Shown here piece after piece: positions 20,053 to 30,746 of a DNA stretch of 64,000 nucleotides. The translations under genes were made by a program, and so were the position numbers. Location of the stretch: assembly GCA_937907685.1 (NCBI GenBank), contig CALCXF010000017.1:10448-74447 (forward strand). The letters are read 5' to 3'. The notes below the pieces were generated by a model. It was not told the origin of the DNA. It saw nothing but the letters and a program-made list of their open reading frames with translations, and did no database searches. This stretch comes from an uncultured Nostocoides sp. GTDB lineage: Bacteria; Actinomycetota; Actinomycetes; Actinomycetales; Dermatophilaceae. How positions within the stretch are numbered: the first letter of the stretch is position 1; the number at the start of each line of letters is the position of its first letter.

Positions 20053-21800
20053 CGGTGATCGCCGGGATGGGCCACTCCACCCCGGGACTCGGCGCCAACC
20101 AGCCGGGACTGCGCCACGACCCCGAGTGGTTCCGCACCGCCGTCTTCTACGAGGTCCTCGTGCGCGCCTTCGGCGACAGCAACGGTTCCGGTGAGGGCGA
20201 CTTCGCCGGCATCGTCAACCGGCTCGACTACCTCCAGTGGCTCGGAGTGGACTGCCTGTGGCTCCCGCCGTTCTACGCCAGCCCGCTCCGGGACGGCGGC
20301 TACGACATCTCGGACTACACCCAGGTGCTCCCCGAGTTCGGCACCCTGCCGGAGTTCAAGGAGCTCATCACCCAGTCGCACGCGCGCGGCATCCGCATCG
20401 TCACCGACCTCGTCATGAACCACACGAGCGACCAGCACCCGTGGTTCCAGGCGTCGCGCAGTGACCCGGAGGGCCCCTACGGGGACTTCTACGTGTGGTC
20501 CGACACCGACGACCGGTACACCGACGCACGGATCATCTTCGTCGACACCGAGACGTCGAACTGGACCTTCGACCCCATCCGGCGGCAGTTCTTCTGGCAC
20601 CGGTTCTTCAGCCACCAGCCGGACCTCAACTTCGAGAACCGCGCGGTCCACGAGGCGATGTTCGACGTGGTGCGCTTCTGGATGGACATGGGCATCGACG
20701 GCTTCCGCCTGGACGCCGTCCCGTACCTCTACGAGGAGGAGGGCCACAACGGCGAGAACCACCCCCGGACCCACGAGTTCCTCGCGGCCCTGCGAGCGAT
20801 GGTGGACACCGAGTACCCCGGGCGCATCCTCATCGCCGAGGCGAACCAGCCCCCCCGGGACGTCGTCGACTACTTCGGCACCGAGGAGTCCGCGGAGTGC
20901 CAGATGTGCTTCCACTTCCCCGTCATGCCGATGCTCTACTACGCCCTGCGCGAGGAGAAGGCGGCGCCGATCATCGACGTCCTCGCCGACACCCCACCCA
21001 TCCCGAAGGGCAGCCAGTGGGGCACCTTCCTGCGCAACCACGACGAGCTGACCCTCGAGATGGTCACGCCCGAGCAACGCGCGGCGATGTACGGCTGGTA
21101 CGCGCCTGACCCGAGGATGCGGGCCAACGTCGGCATCCGCCGGCGGCTCGCGCCGCTGCTCGACAACTCGCGCCCCGAGATCGAGCTCATCCACGCCCTG
21201 CTGCTCTCCCTGCCCGGCTCCCCGTGTCTCTACTACGGTGACGAGATCGGCATGGGCGACAACATCTGGCTCCACGACCGGGATGCCGTGCGCACCCCGA
21301 TGCAGTGGACGCCCGACCGCAACGCCGGGTTCTCCACCGCCGACCCGGGAAAGCTCTACCTCCCGGTCATCCAGTCGTTGGTCTTCCACCACAACCACAC
21401 GAACGTCGAGGCGCAGATGGCCTCGGGGTCCTCGCTCCTGCACTGGGTCCGCGGGATGCTCGCCGTGCGGCGTGAGCACCCCGTCTTCGGGCTCGGCGAC
21501 TTCGAGGTGTGCGGGTCCACCCACGAGCGGGTGCTGGCGTTCGCGCGCGTCGACCGGCACGACCGCGACACCGAGGACCGCTCCGCCCTGGCGGTTCTGT
21601 GCGTCAACAACCTCTCGTCGCGGCCCCAGTCGGCGACGGTCATGGTCCCTGAGCAGCTGTGGGGCTGGCAGACCCGAGACCTCTTCGGTGGCAGTGGGTT
21701 CCCGGACATCGGTCCGGACGGCAGGGTTGCCATCACCCTCGGATCGCGGGACTTCTTCTGGCTCGCCCTGTCACCCGGCGTCGGTGGTCACCGTGGCTGA
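20049..21800 (+). CDS. treS: trehalose synthase (maltose alpha-D-glucosyltransferase)
   Basis: ORF 18270..21800 trimmed to GTG 20049, which overlaps the glgE stop (GTGA). Motifs: WFRTAVFYEVLVRAF, DLVMNHTSDQHPWF, GFRLDAVPYL, FLRNHDELTLEMV. Confidence 0.92.
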   Translation: MTVIAGMGHSTPGLGANQPGLRHDPEWFRTAVFYEVLVRAFGDSNGSGEGDFAGIVNRLDYLQWLGVDCLWLPPFYASPLRDGGYDISDYTQVLPEFGTLPEFKELITQSHARGIRIVTDLVMNHTSDQHPWFQASRSDPEGPYGDFYVWSDTDDRYTDARIIFVDTETSNWTFDPIRRQFFWHRFFSHQPDLNFENRAVHEAMFDVVRFWMDMGIDGFRLDAVPYLYEEEGHNGENHPRTHEFLAALRAMVDTEYPGRILIAEANQPPRDVVDYFGTEESAECQMCFHFPVMPMLYYALREEKAAPIIDVLADTPPIPKGSQWGTFLRNHDELTLEMVTPEQRAAMYGWYAPDPRMRANVGIRRRLAPLLDNSRPEIELIHALLLSLPGSPCLYYGDEIGMGDNIWLHDRDAVRTPMQWTPDRNAGFSTADPGKLYLPVIQSLVFHHNHTNVEAQMASGSSLLHWVRGMLAVRREHPVFGLGDFEVCGSTHERVLAFARVDRHDRDTEDRSALAVLCVNNLSSRPQSATVMVPEQLWGWQTRDLFGGSGFPDIGPDGRVAITLGSRDFFWLALSPGVGGHRG

Positions 21801-23265
21801 CATCATCTCGACCGCCACGATCCGCCCGACCAAGCTCGAGCTGGTCCAGGGCTGGATGGGTGACCAGCGGTGGTATGCCGCCAAGGGCCGGCACCCGCGG
21901 CTGCGCCTCCTCGCCGCCTGGCGTCTCGACGACCCCGAGGGGGAGGTGGGAATCGAGACGCTCGTCGTCGCCGACGAGGCCGGCCAGGAGCCGGTCGTCT
22001 ACCAGGTGCCCCTGACCTACCGGGGTGAGCCGCTGAGCGGAGCCGACCACGGCCTGGTCGGCACGACGGAGCACTCGGCCCTCGGCCGGCGCTGGGTCTA
22101 CGACGCGCCGCACGACCCGGTCTACGCCGCCCAGCTCCTCGAGCTCGTCCAGGGCCGGGTACGTGCCCAGTCGTCCGAGCGGTCGAACGAGCTGGAGACC
22201 GGCGTCGTGGGGGTGCCTCGGGCGACCTGGGGCCCCGTCGTTCGCGCACGCACCTCGCGGGTCCTGGCGGGGGAGCAGTCCAACACCTCCGTCGTCGTCG
22301 ACGGCGAGCTTCCCGATGGCGCGCGCACCCCGGTGATCCTCAAGGTCTTCCGCATGCTCTCCCCCGGTGAGAACCCGGACGTCGTCCTCCAGGGCGTCCT
22401 CGGGGACGCCGGATGCCGCCGCGTCGCGGCCCTCGTGGGCGCGGTGGCAGGGCGCTGGCCGCACCCGGGCAGCGAGGGCGACGCGCCGGCATCCGGTCAC
22501 CTCGCCTTCGCCCAGGAGTTCCTGCCCGGAGTGGAGGACGCCTGGCGCGTCGCACTGGGGGCGGCCCAGGCGGGCGTGGACTTCGCGGGCCCGGCCCGGG
22601 CCCTGGGCGAGGCCACGGCCGAGGTGCACGGCACGCTCGCCCACGTGCTCGGGACGCAAGCCACGACGCGGGAGCAGGCCGCGGCGATCGTCGCCGAGAT
22701 GCGGAGCCGCTTCGAGGCCGCGGTGGTCGAGACGCCCGAGCTCGAGGAGGTCCGTCGACCGTTCGAGACGGTGCTCAGTGCGGCGCGCGACGCCGACTGG
22801 CCGCCGCTCCAGCGGATCCACGGCGACTACCACCTGGGACAGGTGCTCCACTCCCCCGAGCGGGGGTGGGTGCTCCTCGACTTCGAGGGCGAACCGTTGC
22901 GCCCGCTGTCGGAGAGGTCACGTCCCGACCAGTGCCTCAGGGATGTCGCCGGAATGCTCCGCAGCTTCGACTACGTCGGCGGCACGTGCGAGCAGCTGCG
23001 CGGGACCTCCGCGCGCGACTGGGTCACCTCGGCGCAGCAGGCCTTCCTCGACGGGTATGCCGCCCGAGCCCGCAGCGACCCCCGCGAGCTCGGGGCTCTC
23101 CTCGCCGCCTTCGAGCTCGACAAGGCGATGTACGAGGTCGTCTACGAGGCGCGGAACCGCCCGGGGTGGCTCACCATCCCGCTCGCCGCCGTCCACCGAC
23201 TCACCGCCCACTTCGCCCCGGATCCCCAGCGCGACCCGACCACCATGCAAGGAGACCCGTCGTGA
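21793..23265 (+). CDS. mak: maltokinase (Pep2/Mak)
   Basis: ORF 21238..23265 trimmed to GTG 21793 (GTG 21784 is also possible), overlapping the treS stop. Motifs: QRWYAAKG, NTSVVV, ILKVFR, RIHGDYHLGQVL, LLDFEGEP, DKAMYEVVYEARNRPGW. Confidence 0.88.
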   Translation: MADIISTATIRPTKLELVQGWMGDQRWYAAKGRHPRLRLLAAWRLDDPEGEVGIETLVVADEAGQEPVVYQVPLTYRGEPLSGADHGLVGTTEHSALGRRWVYDAPHDPVYAAQLLELVQGRVRAQSSERSNELETGVVGVPRATWGPVVRARTSRVLAGEQSNTSVVVDGELPDGARTPVILKVFRMLSPGENPDVVLQGVLGDAGCRRVAALVGAVAGRWPHPGSEGDAPASGHLAFAQEFLPGVEDAWRVALGAAQAGVDFAGPARALGEATAEVHGTLAHVLGTQATTREQAAAIVAEMRSRFEAAVVETPELEEVRRPFETVLSAARDADWPPLQRIHGDYHLGQVLHSPERGWVLLDFEGEPLRPLSERSRPDQCLRDVAGMLRSFDYVGGTCEQLRGTSARDWVTSAQQAFLDGYAARARSDPRELGALLAAFELDKAMYEVVYEARNRPGWLTIPLAAVHRLTAHFAPDPQRDPTTMQGDPS

Positions 23266-25538
23266 CCCCCACCCCGAGCCCCGAGGTGGGCGGCGCGATC
23301 ACCGCCCTCGTCCAGGGGCGCCACCAGCAGCCGCACGACCTGCTCGGCCAGCACCTGGAGCCCGGTGGGTTGCGCATCCGCGTGCTCAAGCCGCTGGCCC
23401 GCTCGGTCCGCGTGCGCTTCGAGGACGGCGAGGAGCTGGAGCTCGCCCACGAGGCGGAGGGGGTGTGGACGGCCGTGCGAACCGACGCCACCAGGACGAT
23501 GGACTACCGGCTGATCGTGGCCTGGACGGACGGCATCGAGCACCTCCAGGACGACCCCTACCGCTTCGCACCGACCCTCGGGGAGGTGGACCTCCACCTC
23601 GTGGGTGAGGGCCGGCACGAGCAGCTGTGGACCGTTCTCGGTGCCCGCGTCCGCGAGTACGTCGGACCCATGGGTCCGGTGCGAGGAGTGTCGTTCGCCG
23701 TGTGGGCACCCCGGGCGAAGGCGGTGCGCGTGATCGGCGACTTCAACGCCTGGGACGGCCGGATCCACCCCATGAGGATCATCGGCGCCTCGGGCGTCTG
23801 GGAGCTCTTCGTCCCCGGCGTGGGTGCCGGCAACGTCTACAAGTTCGAGATCCGGGGGGCCGACGACGTCGTGCGCACCAAGGCCGACCCGATGGCCAGG
23901 CGGACCGAGACGCCGCCGAACACCGGCTCGGTCGTCGACGAGTCGAATCATGAGTGGAGTGATTCCGGGTGGATGGAGTCCAGCGCCGGGCGCGACCCAC
24001 ACCACGGTCCGATGAGCGTGTACGAGGTCCACCTCGGCTCCTGGCGACAGGGGCTCTCCTACCGCGAGCTGGCCGAGCACCTCGTCAACTACGTCTCCGA
24101 CCTCGGGTTCACGCACGTCGAGCTGCTCCCCGTCATGGAGCACCCGTACGGTCCCTCCTGGGGCTACCAGGTCACGGGGTACTTCGCCCCCACGGCACGG
24201 TTCGGGACACCCGACGAGTTCAAGTACCTCGTGGACCGGCTGCACCAGGCCGGCATCGGCGTCATCCTCGACTGGGTGCCGGGCCACTTCCCACGCGACG
24301 AGTTCGCGCTGGCCCGCTTCGACGGCCTGCCCCTGTACGAGCACCCGGACCCGCGCCGAGGGGACCAGCCCGACTGGGGGACCCATGTCTTCGACTTCGG
24401 ACGGCTCGAGGTGCGCAACTTCCTCGTCGCCAACGCCGTGTACTGGCTCGAGGAGTTCCATGTCGACGGGCTGCGCGTCGACGCCGTCGCCTCGATGCTC
24501 TACCTCGACTACTCCCGCAAGGACGGTGAGTGGATCCCCAACGTGCACGGCGGCCGGGAGCACCTCGAGGCGATAGGCCTGCTGCAGGAGGCGAACGCGA
24601 CGGCATACCGGAGGGTGCCTGGAGTCGTCACCATCGCCGAGGAGTCGACGTCCTGGCCCGGGGTCACCAAGCCGACGTCCGGCGGCGGCCTCGGCTTCGG
24701 GCTGAAGTGGAACATGGGGTGGATGAACGACACCCTGCGCTACCTCACGCAGGAGCCGATCCACCGGCAGTACCACCACAACCTGCTGACCTTCTCGCTG
24801 ATGTACGCCTTCAGCGAGAACTACCTGCTGCCGATCAGCCACGACGAGGTCGTCCACGGCAAGGGCTCGCTGCTGACCAAGATCCCGGGCAACCGCACCG
24901 ACCAGCTCGCGACGCTCCGGGCCTTCCTCGCCTACATGTGGTCGCACCCGGGCAAGCAGCTGATCTTCATGGGGTGTGAGTTCGCGCAGCCGGGCGAGTG
25001 GGGGGACGGGCGCTCGCTCGACTGGTGGCTGCTGGACCACGCGGCCCACTATCGCGTGCACAACATGGTCAAGGAGCTCAACCGGATCTACCTCTCGCAC
25101 CCGGCGCTGTGGGCCCTGGACTCCCAGTCGGCCGGCTTCCGGTGGCTCGACGCAGACGACAACACGGGCAACGTCCTGTCGTACCTGCGCTTCGCCCAAC
25201 CCGACGAGGAGGGCGACGTCGTCGCGACGGTCGTCAACTACGGCGGCGAGGACAAGGAGGCGGTGCGTGTGGGGGTCCCCCGCCCCGGCCGGTGGGAGGT
25301 CCTGCTCGACACGAGCGGCTTCGACGAGCTGAGCAGCCCGAGCCAGGCCGGCATCGTCCATGAGGCGGAGTCGCTCCCGTGGCACGACCAGCAGTGGTCC
25401 GTCACGGTTCGGGTGGCGCGGCTGTCGACTCTCTACCTCGCCCCGCTCGGAGAGGTCGTGGACGTGCTCTCGGAGACGAGCGTCGCCAGCGCCCCAGCGG
25501 ACGCCGGTCGATCGACGCCCATGCTGCCCGTCCCCTGA
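23262..25538 (+). CDS. glgB: 1,4-alpha-glucan branching enzyme
   Basis: ORF 22413..25538 trimmed to GTG 23262, which overlaps the mak stop (GTGA). Motifs: FAVWAPRAKAVRVIGDFNAWDG, ILDWVPGHFP, VDGLRVDAVASMLY, TIAEESTSWPGV, SHDEVVHGKGSL. Confidence 0.93.
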   Translation: MTPTPSPEVGGAITALVQGRHQQPHDLLGQHLEPGGLRIRVLKPLARSVRVRFEDGEELELAHEAEGVWTAVRTDATRTMDYRLIVAWTDGIEHLQDDPYRFAPTLGEVDLHLVGEGRHEQLWTVLGARVREYVGPMGPVRGVSFAVWAPRAKAVRVIGDFNAWDGRIHPMRIIGASGVWELFVPGVGAGNVYKFEIRGADDVVRTKADPMARRTETPPNTGSVVDESNHEWSDSGWMESSAGRDPHHGPMSVYEVHLGSWRQGLSYRELAEHLVNYVSDLGFTHVELLPVMEHPYGPSWGYQVTGYFAPTARFGTPDEFKYLVDRLHQAGIGVILDWVPGHFPRDEFALARFDGLPLYEHPDPRRGDQPDWGTHVFDFGRLEVRNFLVANAVYWLEEFHVDGLRVDAVASMLYLDYSRKDGEWIPNVHGGREHLEAIGLLQEANATAYRRVPGVVTIAEESTSWPGVTKPTSGGGLGFGLKWNMGWMNDTLRYLTQEPIHRQYHHNLLTFSLMYAFSENYLLPISHDEVVHGKGSLLTKIPGNRTDQLATLRAFLAYMWSHPGKQLIFMGCEFAQPGEWGDGRSLDWWLLDHAAHYRVHNMVKELNRIYLSHPALWALDSQSAGFRWLDADDNTGNVLSYLRFAQPDEEGDVVATVVNYGGEDKEAVRVGVPRPGRWEVLLDTSGFDELSSPSQAGIVHEAESLPWHDQQWSVTVRVARLSTLYLAPLGEVVDVLSETSVASAPADAGRSTPMLPVP

Positions 25539-25664
25539 GGGAACGGTTCTTGCCCTCCGCCCCGCGTTCCGGTTCCTGGTCGAGCGCCCCGGGCCGGGAG
25601 ACGAGCCGGGACTTCGGTGCCCGGTGCTGGGCTGTCGGTGCGACACCTCTGAAAGGATCATCGG

Positions 25665-27329
<1,665 letters not shown>

Positions 27330-27414
27330 CCACCTCGACACCGAGCCGCCACGGGACTCAGGGTGAAGGGGTCCTCTGGCGGCGCAGTGGCTGACCGACC
27401 GAGGTACCTACCTC

Positions 27415-27504
27415 GTCGAGATGAGGCAACACGCCGATCGGGCCCATCAACCGTCGGCGTGTCGCCTCATCTCGCGAACCCTCGGCGTGTTGCCTCATCT
27501 CGAC
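27415..27504. repeat. palindromic repeat element, three-armed copy (same family as 54284 and 55367)
   Basis: GTCGAGATGAGGCAACACGCCGA (27415-27437) is the perfect reverse complement of TCGGCGTGTTGCCTCATCTCGAC (27482-27504). A degenerate extra right arm, TCGGCGTGTCGCCTCATCTCG, sits at 27454-27474. The element lies between the convergent pgm and ATP-grasp stops. Confidence 0.9.
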
Positions 27505-27508
27505 CGGA

Positions 27509-28789
27509 TCAGGAGGTCGGGGTCGGGGCCGGGGCCTTGGCGCCGAGTCGGGCACGCTCGTCGGACATCCAGAGGTCGAGGAGCCCGGCGAAGTGGGCCT
27601 CGAACTGCTCCCGCTCGTGCGCCGGGTACGTCTGCTCGACCGTGGAGTGGAGCAGTGCGGCGAAGTCCGGCCCGGCGATCCACTCCAGGACCATCTCGTC
27701 GACGTCCGGAAGCGCGGAGTCGCAGAACGACCGGTAGCGGTCGACCTCGAAGTACTCGTCGGCGAGCGCCTGGTAGGCCGAGAGCCGGCCGTGGTGGTCC
27801 AGCGCCTCGTCGTCGGCGACCGCGAACCACGGCCCGGTGTCGACCTGCGTGCGCGGCGAGCGGCCCGTGACGACGCAGAAGGCCGTCCACCGCAGCAGTG
27901 CCTTCATCGCCCAGGGGAAGTAGTAGTGCAGCGACGTCACGGCGACGTCGGGGCACGCGTTGGCGTAGTCGATCGGGTACACCACCCCGTCCTTGACGAG
28001 CATCTCGCAGGAGTTGAACTCCCACCGGAAGAAGGCGTTCACCGTCTGCGAGATCGTCACGACCTCACGGCCCACCTCGTCGCTGAGGAAGTCGTGGGCG
28101 ACGGCATACCGATGGTGCATCGGCTCATCGGGCCGGAACTTCATGACCATCGTCTCCGGCCCGATCGTCAGGGACCGGGCGAAGTGCTCGAAGTCCGGCA
28201 CGGAGGCCTGCAGGTGCATGAGCATCTCGCCGGACTCGTCGTAGGAGCGGTGGAGCTCGTCACGGTCGCTCACCCTCGACACCCCCCGCCACCCGCCACC
28301 GTCGAAGGGCTTCATGTACAGGGGGAAGCCGATCTCCTCCGCGATGCGGTCGAGGTCGAAGGACCGGTTGTACTTGGCCGACGTGTAGGCCCAGCGCGCG
28401 TTGTCGACGGGGTTCTTGTAGGGCACCAGCACCGTCTCCGGCACGTTCATGCCCAGCCGCATCAGCGCGCAGTACGCCGAGTGCTTCTCCATCGACTGGA
28501 ACGTGAACGGGCTGTTGAGCAGGTAGACGTCGTCCATGAGCGCCACCTTCTTGAGCCACTCACGGGGGTGGTAGTACCAGTGCGCGAGCCGGTCGATGAC
28601 GAGCTCGTGGCGCGCCCGGTCGCGGAGGTTGAACGGCTCGATGCTCAGGCGCTCGGTGGTGAGGGTGTGCTGGGACCCGTCGGGGGCGCGCAGGACCCCC
28701 AGGCGCCGCGCGAGGGCTTCGAAGGTGCTCGGCCAGTCCTCCTCGGCGCCGAGGAGAAGCCCGACGAGGTGGTCGGTGGTGGGGGCCAT
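27509..28789 (-). CDS. ATP-grasp domain protein (RimK/carboxylate-amine ligase-like), function unknown
   Basis: 426 aa. FPLYMKPFDGGGWRGVSRV and the surrounding pattern look like an ATP-grasp nucleotide-binding core. No specific subfamily recognised. Confidence 0.65.
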   Translation of the reverse strand: MAPTTDHLVGLLLGAEEDWPSTFEALARRLGVLRAPDGSQHTLTTERLSIEPFNLRDRARHELVIDRLAHWYYHPREWLKKVALMDDVYLLNSPFTFQSMEKHSAYCALMRLGMNVPETVLVPYKNPVDNARWAYTSAKYNRSFDLDRIAEEIGFPLYMKPFDGGGWRGVSRVSDRDELHRSYDESGEMLMHLQASVPDFEHFARSLTIGPETMVMKFRPDEPMHHRYAVAHDFLSDEVGREVVTISQTVNAFFRWEFNSCEMLVKDGVVYPIDYANACPDVAVTSLHYYFPWAMKALLRWTAFCVVTGRSPRTQVDTGPWFAVADDEALDHHGRLSAYQALADEYFEVDRYRSFCDSALPDVDEMVLEWIAGPDFAALLHSTVEQTYPAHEREQFEAHFAGLLDLWMSDERARLGAKAPAPTPTS

Positions 28790-28877
28790 GGAAAGGTCTC
28801 CTTCTCACTGGTGCGGAGTTGGGGGTCGGATGGTGGAACGGGGGGCTGCCGGTCGGCAGCTGCCGTGAGGCCCCCCG

Positions 28878-29624
28878 TCAGACGAAGCGGGGCAGGTGGT
28901 GGGCCAGCTGGCGTTGCCACCACGGCCAGTCGTGGGCGCTGTCGTGACCCCACACGTCGAGCTCATGGCGGATTCCCTTGCGCGAGAGCACCTCGGCGAA
29001 CGCCCGCGTGCCGGGGAGCGCCTGGGTCGGGGACACCTCGAACGGCCCCTGGCCGACGACGAGCAGCAGCGAGACACGGGACCGGATCCACTCGAGGTGG
29101 TCACCTCCCATGTTCCCGACGTATGCCGTGGGGTTGGCGAAGTAGCTCGCGTCACCCAGCTCACCCCACCCGTTCCACGTCGTGGGGTCGTAGTTGCCGG
29201 AGAGGCCGATGGCGACGGGGGCCACGTCCGCGCGCTGCAGGGTGAGGTGGACCGCGTGGTAGGCACCCAGCGAGACCCCCACCGTGACGACCTCCGAGGC
29301 GCCGCCGGTCTGGTCGAGCACCCAGGGCAGCACCTGCTCGGAGAGCGCGGCTGTGTAGGTCTGGGCCCGACGGGCCCGCTCCTCGGTCGGCACGCCGTTG
29401 TCGGCCCAGGACCCGCCGTCGAGGGAGTCGACGCAGAACAGGCTCACCCGGCCGGCGTCGATGAGCGGACGGACGGCGTGGACCATGCCGTTGCCCTCCG
29501 CGTCCCGAGCCGCGCCGGCCTCGGACGGGAAGAGGAGCACGGGTCGCCCCCACGCGCCGTACCGGACGACCTCGAGGCCCGCGTCGTGACCCGGGACGGG
29601 CAGGCGGACGCTCGACGTCTCCAT
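28878..29624 (-). CDS. esterase family protein (alpha/beta hydrolase, 'putative esterase' type)
   Basis: ORF 28878..30404 trimmed to ATG 29622-29624 (METSSVRLPV...). GVSLGAYHA is a GxSxG nucleophile elbow, and DVWGHDSAHDWPWW lies at the C-terminal end. Confidence 0.7.
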   Translation of the reverse strand: METSSVRLPVPGHDAGLEVVRYGAWGRPVLLFPSEAGAARDAEGNGMVHAVRPLIDAGRVSLFCVDSLDGGSWADNGVPTEERARRAQTYTAALSEQVLPWVLDQTGGASEVVTVGVSLGAYHAVHLTLQRADVAPVAIGLSGNYDPTTWNGWGELGDASYFANPTAYVGNMGGDHLEWIRSRVSLLLVVGQGPFEVSPTQALPGTRAFAEVLSRKGIRHELDVWGHDSAHDWPWWQRQLAHHLPRFV

Positions 29625-29647
29625 GCGACCACACCCTGCCGGTCGGG

Positions 29648-30577
29648 TCAGCCGCCCGCAACCACCGGTGCCCACACCGCCCGGAGCACCTCGGTGAGGC
29701 CCGGGTCGAGGCTGTCGCGCCATGCCGTGTAGTTGTGGAGGTCCGGGACCTCGCGCAGGGTGACGTGGTGTCCCGCCCGGCGGAGGGCCGCGGCCATGTC
29801 GCGGTTGTTCGCCACGTTCTCCTCGAGCGCCCCGCAGGTCATGCCGACGGTCAGCGGGTGCTCCGCGTGCCGGGTGTCGAGGACCGTCTGGACGAGCCGG
29901 GCGATCCGCCCGAAGTACCGGTAGCCGCTCTCGTTCCCGTCGTGGCGCGCCTGGAAGAACGAGCCGGACTGCGAGAAGACCCCTCCGACCCGGGGGGCGG
30001 CCAGCAGCCCGAGGAGCACTGCGGTCAGCCCTCCGAGGCTCGCCCCCACGACGACGACCGGACCGCGCACGGCATACCGCCGCTGCAGGTGGTCCAGGCC
30101 CGCATCGGCGACCGTGCGGAGGTACTGCGGCGACCCCGAGTACCACGAGTCGCGGATGACCGGGTGGGCGAGAGCGACCCGGTGCGGGGGCAGGTGCCCC
30201 GCAGCGACCATCGCGCCGGTGTAGGCCGTGATGCCGGCCAGCTGGTCGTACTCGGCGCCGTCGTGCACGAGCATGAGCGGGGCGGGCTCGTCGTTCGCGA
30301 GGTCCGCGGGACTCCACACCGTCACCGGTACCTCGTGCGAGGTCTCCCCGGAGAACGTGTGCGGCTCCAGCGTCCCCGGCACCCCGGGGGCGGAGAGCCA
30401 CCACGGGGGGTGGTACCCGGGCATCTCCATGACCGAGCGGTCGCCGAACGCCGTGCGCACGGTCGCGGGGTTCGCCGGGTCCAGCACCACCTCGACGTGG
30501 TCACCCCACGCGACGGCGAACCGGTACTCGATGCGCTGGAGGGCCGGGCGGGGGAGGTCGAGGACCCACCCGTGCAT
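29648..30577 (-). CDS. enterochelin-esterase-like esterase; longest intact ORF of a gene whose 5' end is frameshifted
   Basis: 309 aa from ATG 30577. VVVGASLGGLTAV is a GxSxG motif, and the YRF...VLDPANP N-domain pattern is present. See the repeat at 30626-30708 for the disruption. Confidence 0.75.
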   Translation of the reverse strand: MHGWVLDLPRPALQRIEYRFAVAWGDHVEVVLDPANPATVRTAFGDRSVMEMPGYHPPWWLSAPGVPGTLEPHTFSGETSHEVPVTVWSPADLANDEPAPLMLVHDGAEYDQLAGITAYTGAMVAAGHLPPHRVALAHPVIRDSWYSGSPQYLRTVADAGLDHLQRRYAVRGPVVVVGASLGGLTAVLLGLLAAPRVGGVFSQSGSFFQARHDGNESGYRYFGRIARLVQTVLDTRHAEHPLTVGMTCGALEENVANNRDMAAALRRAGHHVTLREVPDLHNYTAWRDSLDPGLTEVLRAVWAPVVAGG

Positions 30578-30743
30578 ATCCCGCCGGAGCTCGCGAGGCC
30601 CGAGGACGGCGCGATCGCACTGGACGACGACCGCCGTGACGTCCGGGTCCTCGAGGTCGAGCCGGGAGGACGACCGCCGTGACGTCCGGGTCCTCGAGGT
30701 CGAGCCGGAACCGGACGTGGTCGTCGAGTAGCTGGGGTGGCAC
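30578..30743 (-). pseudogene. 5' remnant of the esterase gene, displaced out of frame by a 43-bp tandem duplication
   Basis: GTG 30743 opens MPPQLLDDHVRFRLDLEDPDVTAVV..., which then runs out of frame. Removing one 43-bp unit (166-43=123 nt) joins it in frame to MHGWVLDL... at 30577. Confidence 0.7.
30626..30708. repeat. 43-bp-period tandem duplication (two perfect 40-bp copies)
   Basis: GACGACCGCCGTGACGTCCGGGTCCTCGAGGTCGAGCCGG occurs at 30626-30665 and again at 30669-30708, separated by GAG. Confidence 0.97.
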
Positions 30744-30746
30744 CGG

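Noticed and set aside
30578-30743. Programmed ribosomal frameshifting as an explanation for the split esterase reading frame.
   Set aside because: The frame change coincides exactly with a perfect 43-bp duplication and disappears when one copy is removed. No slippery heptamer or downstream structure is needed to explain it.
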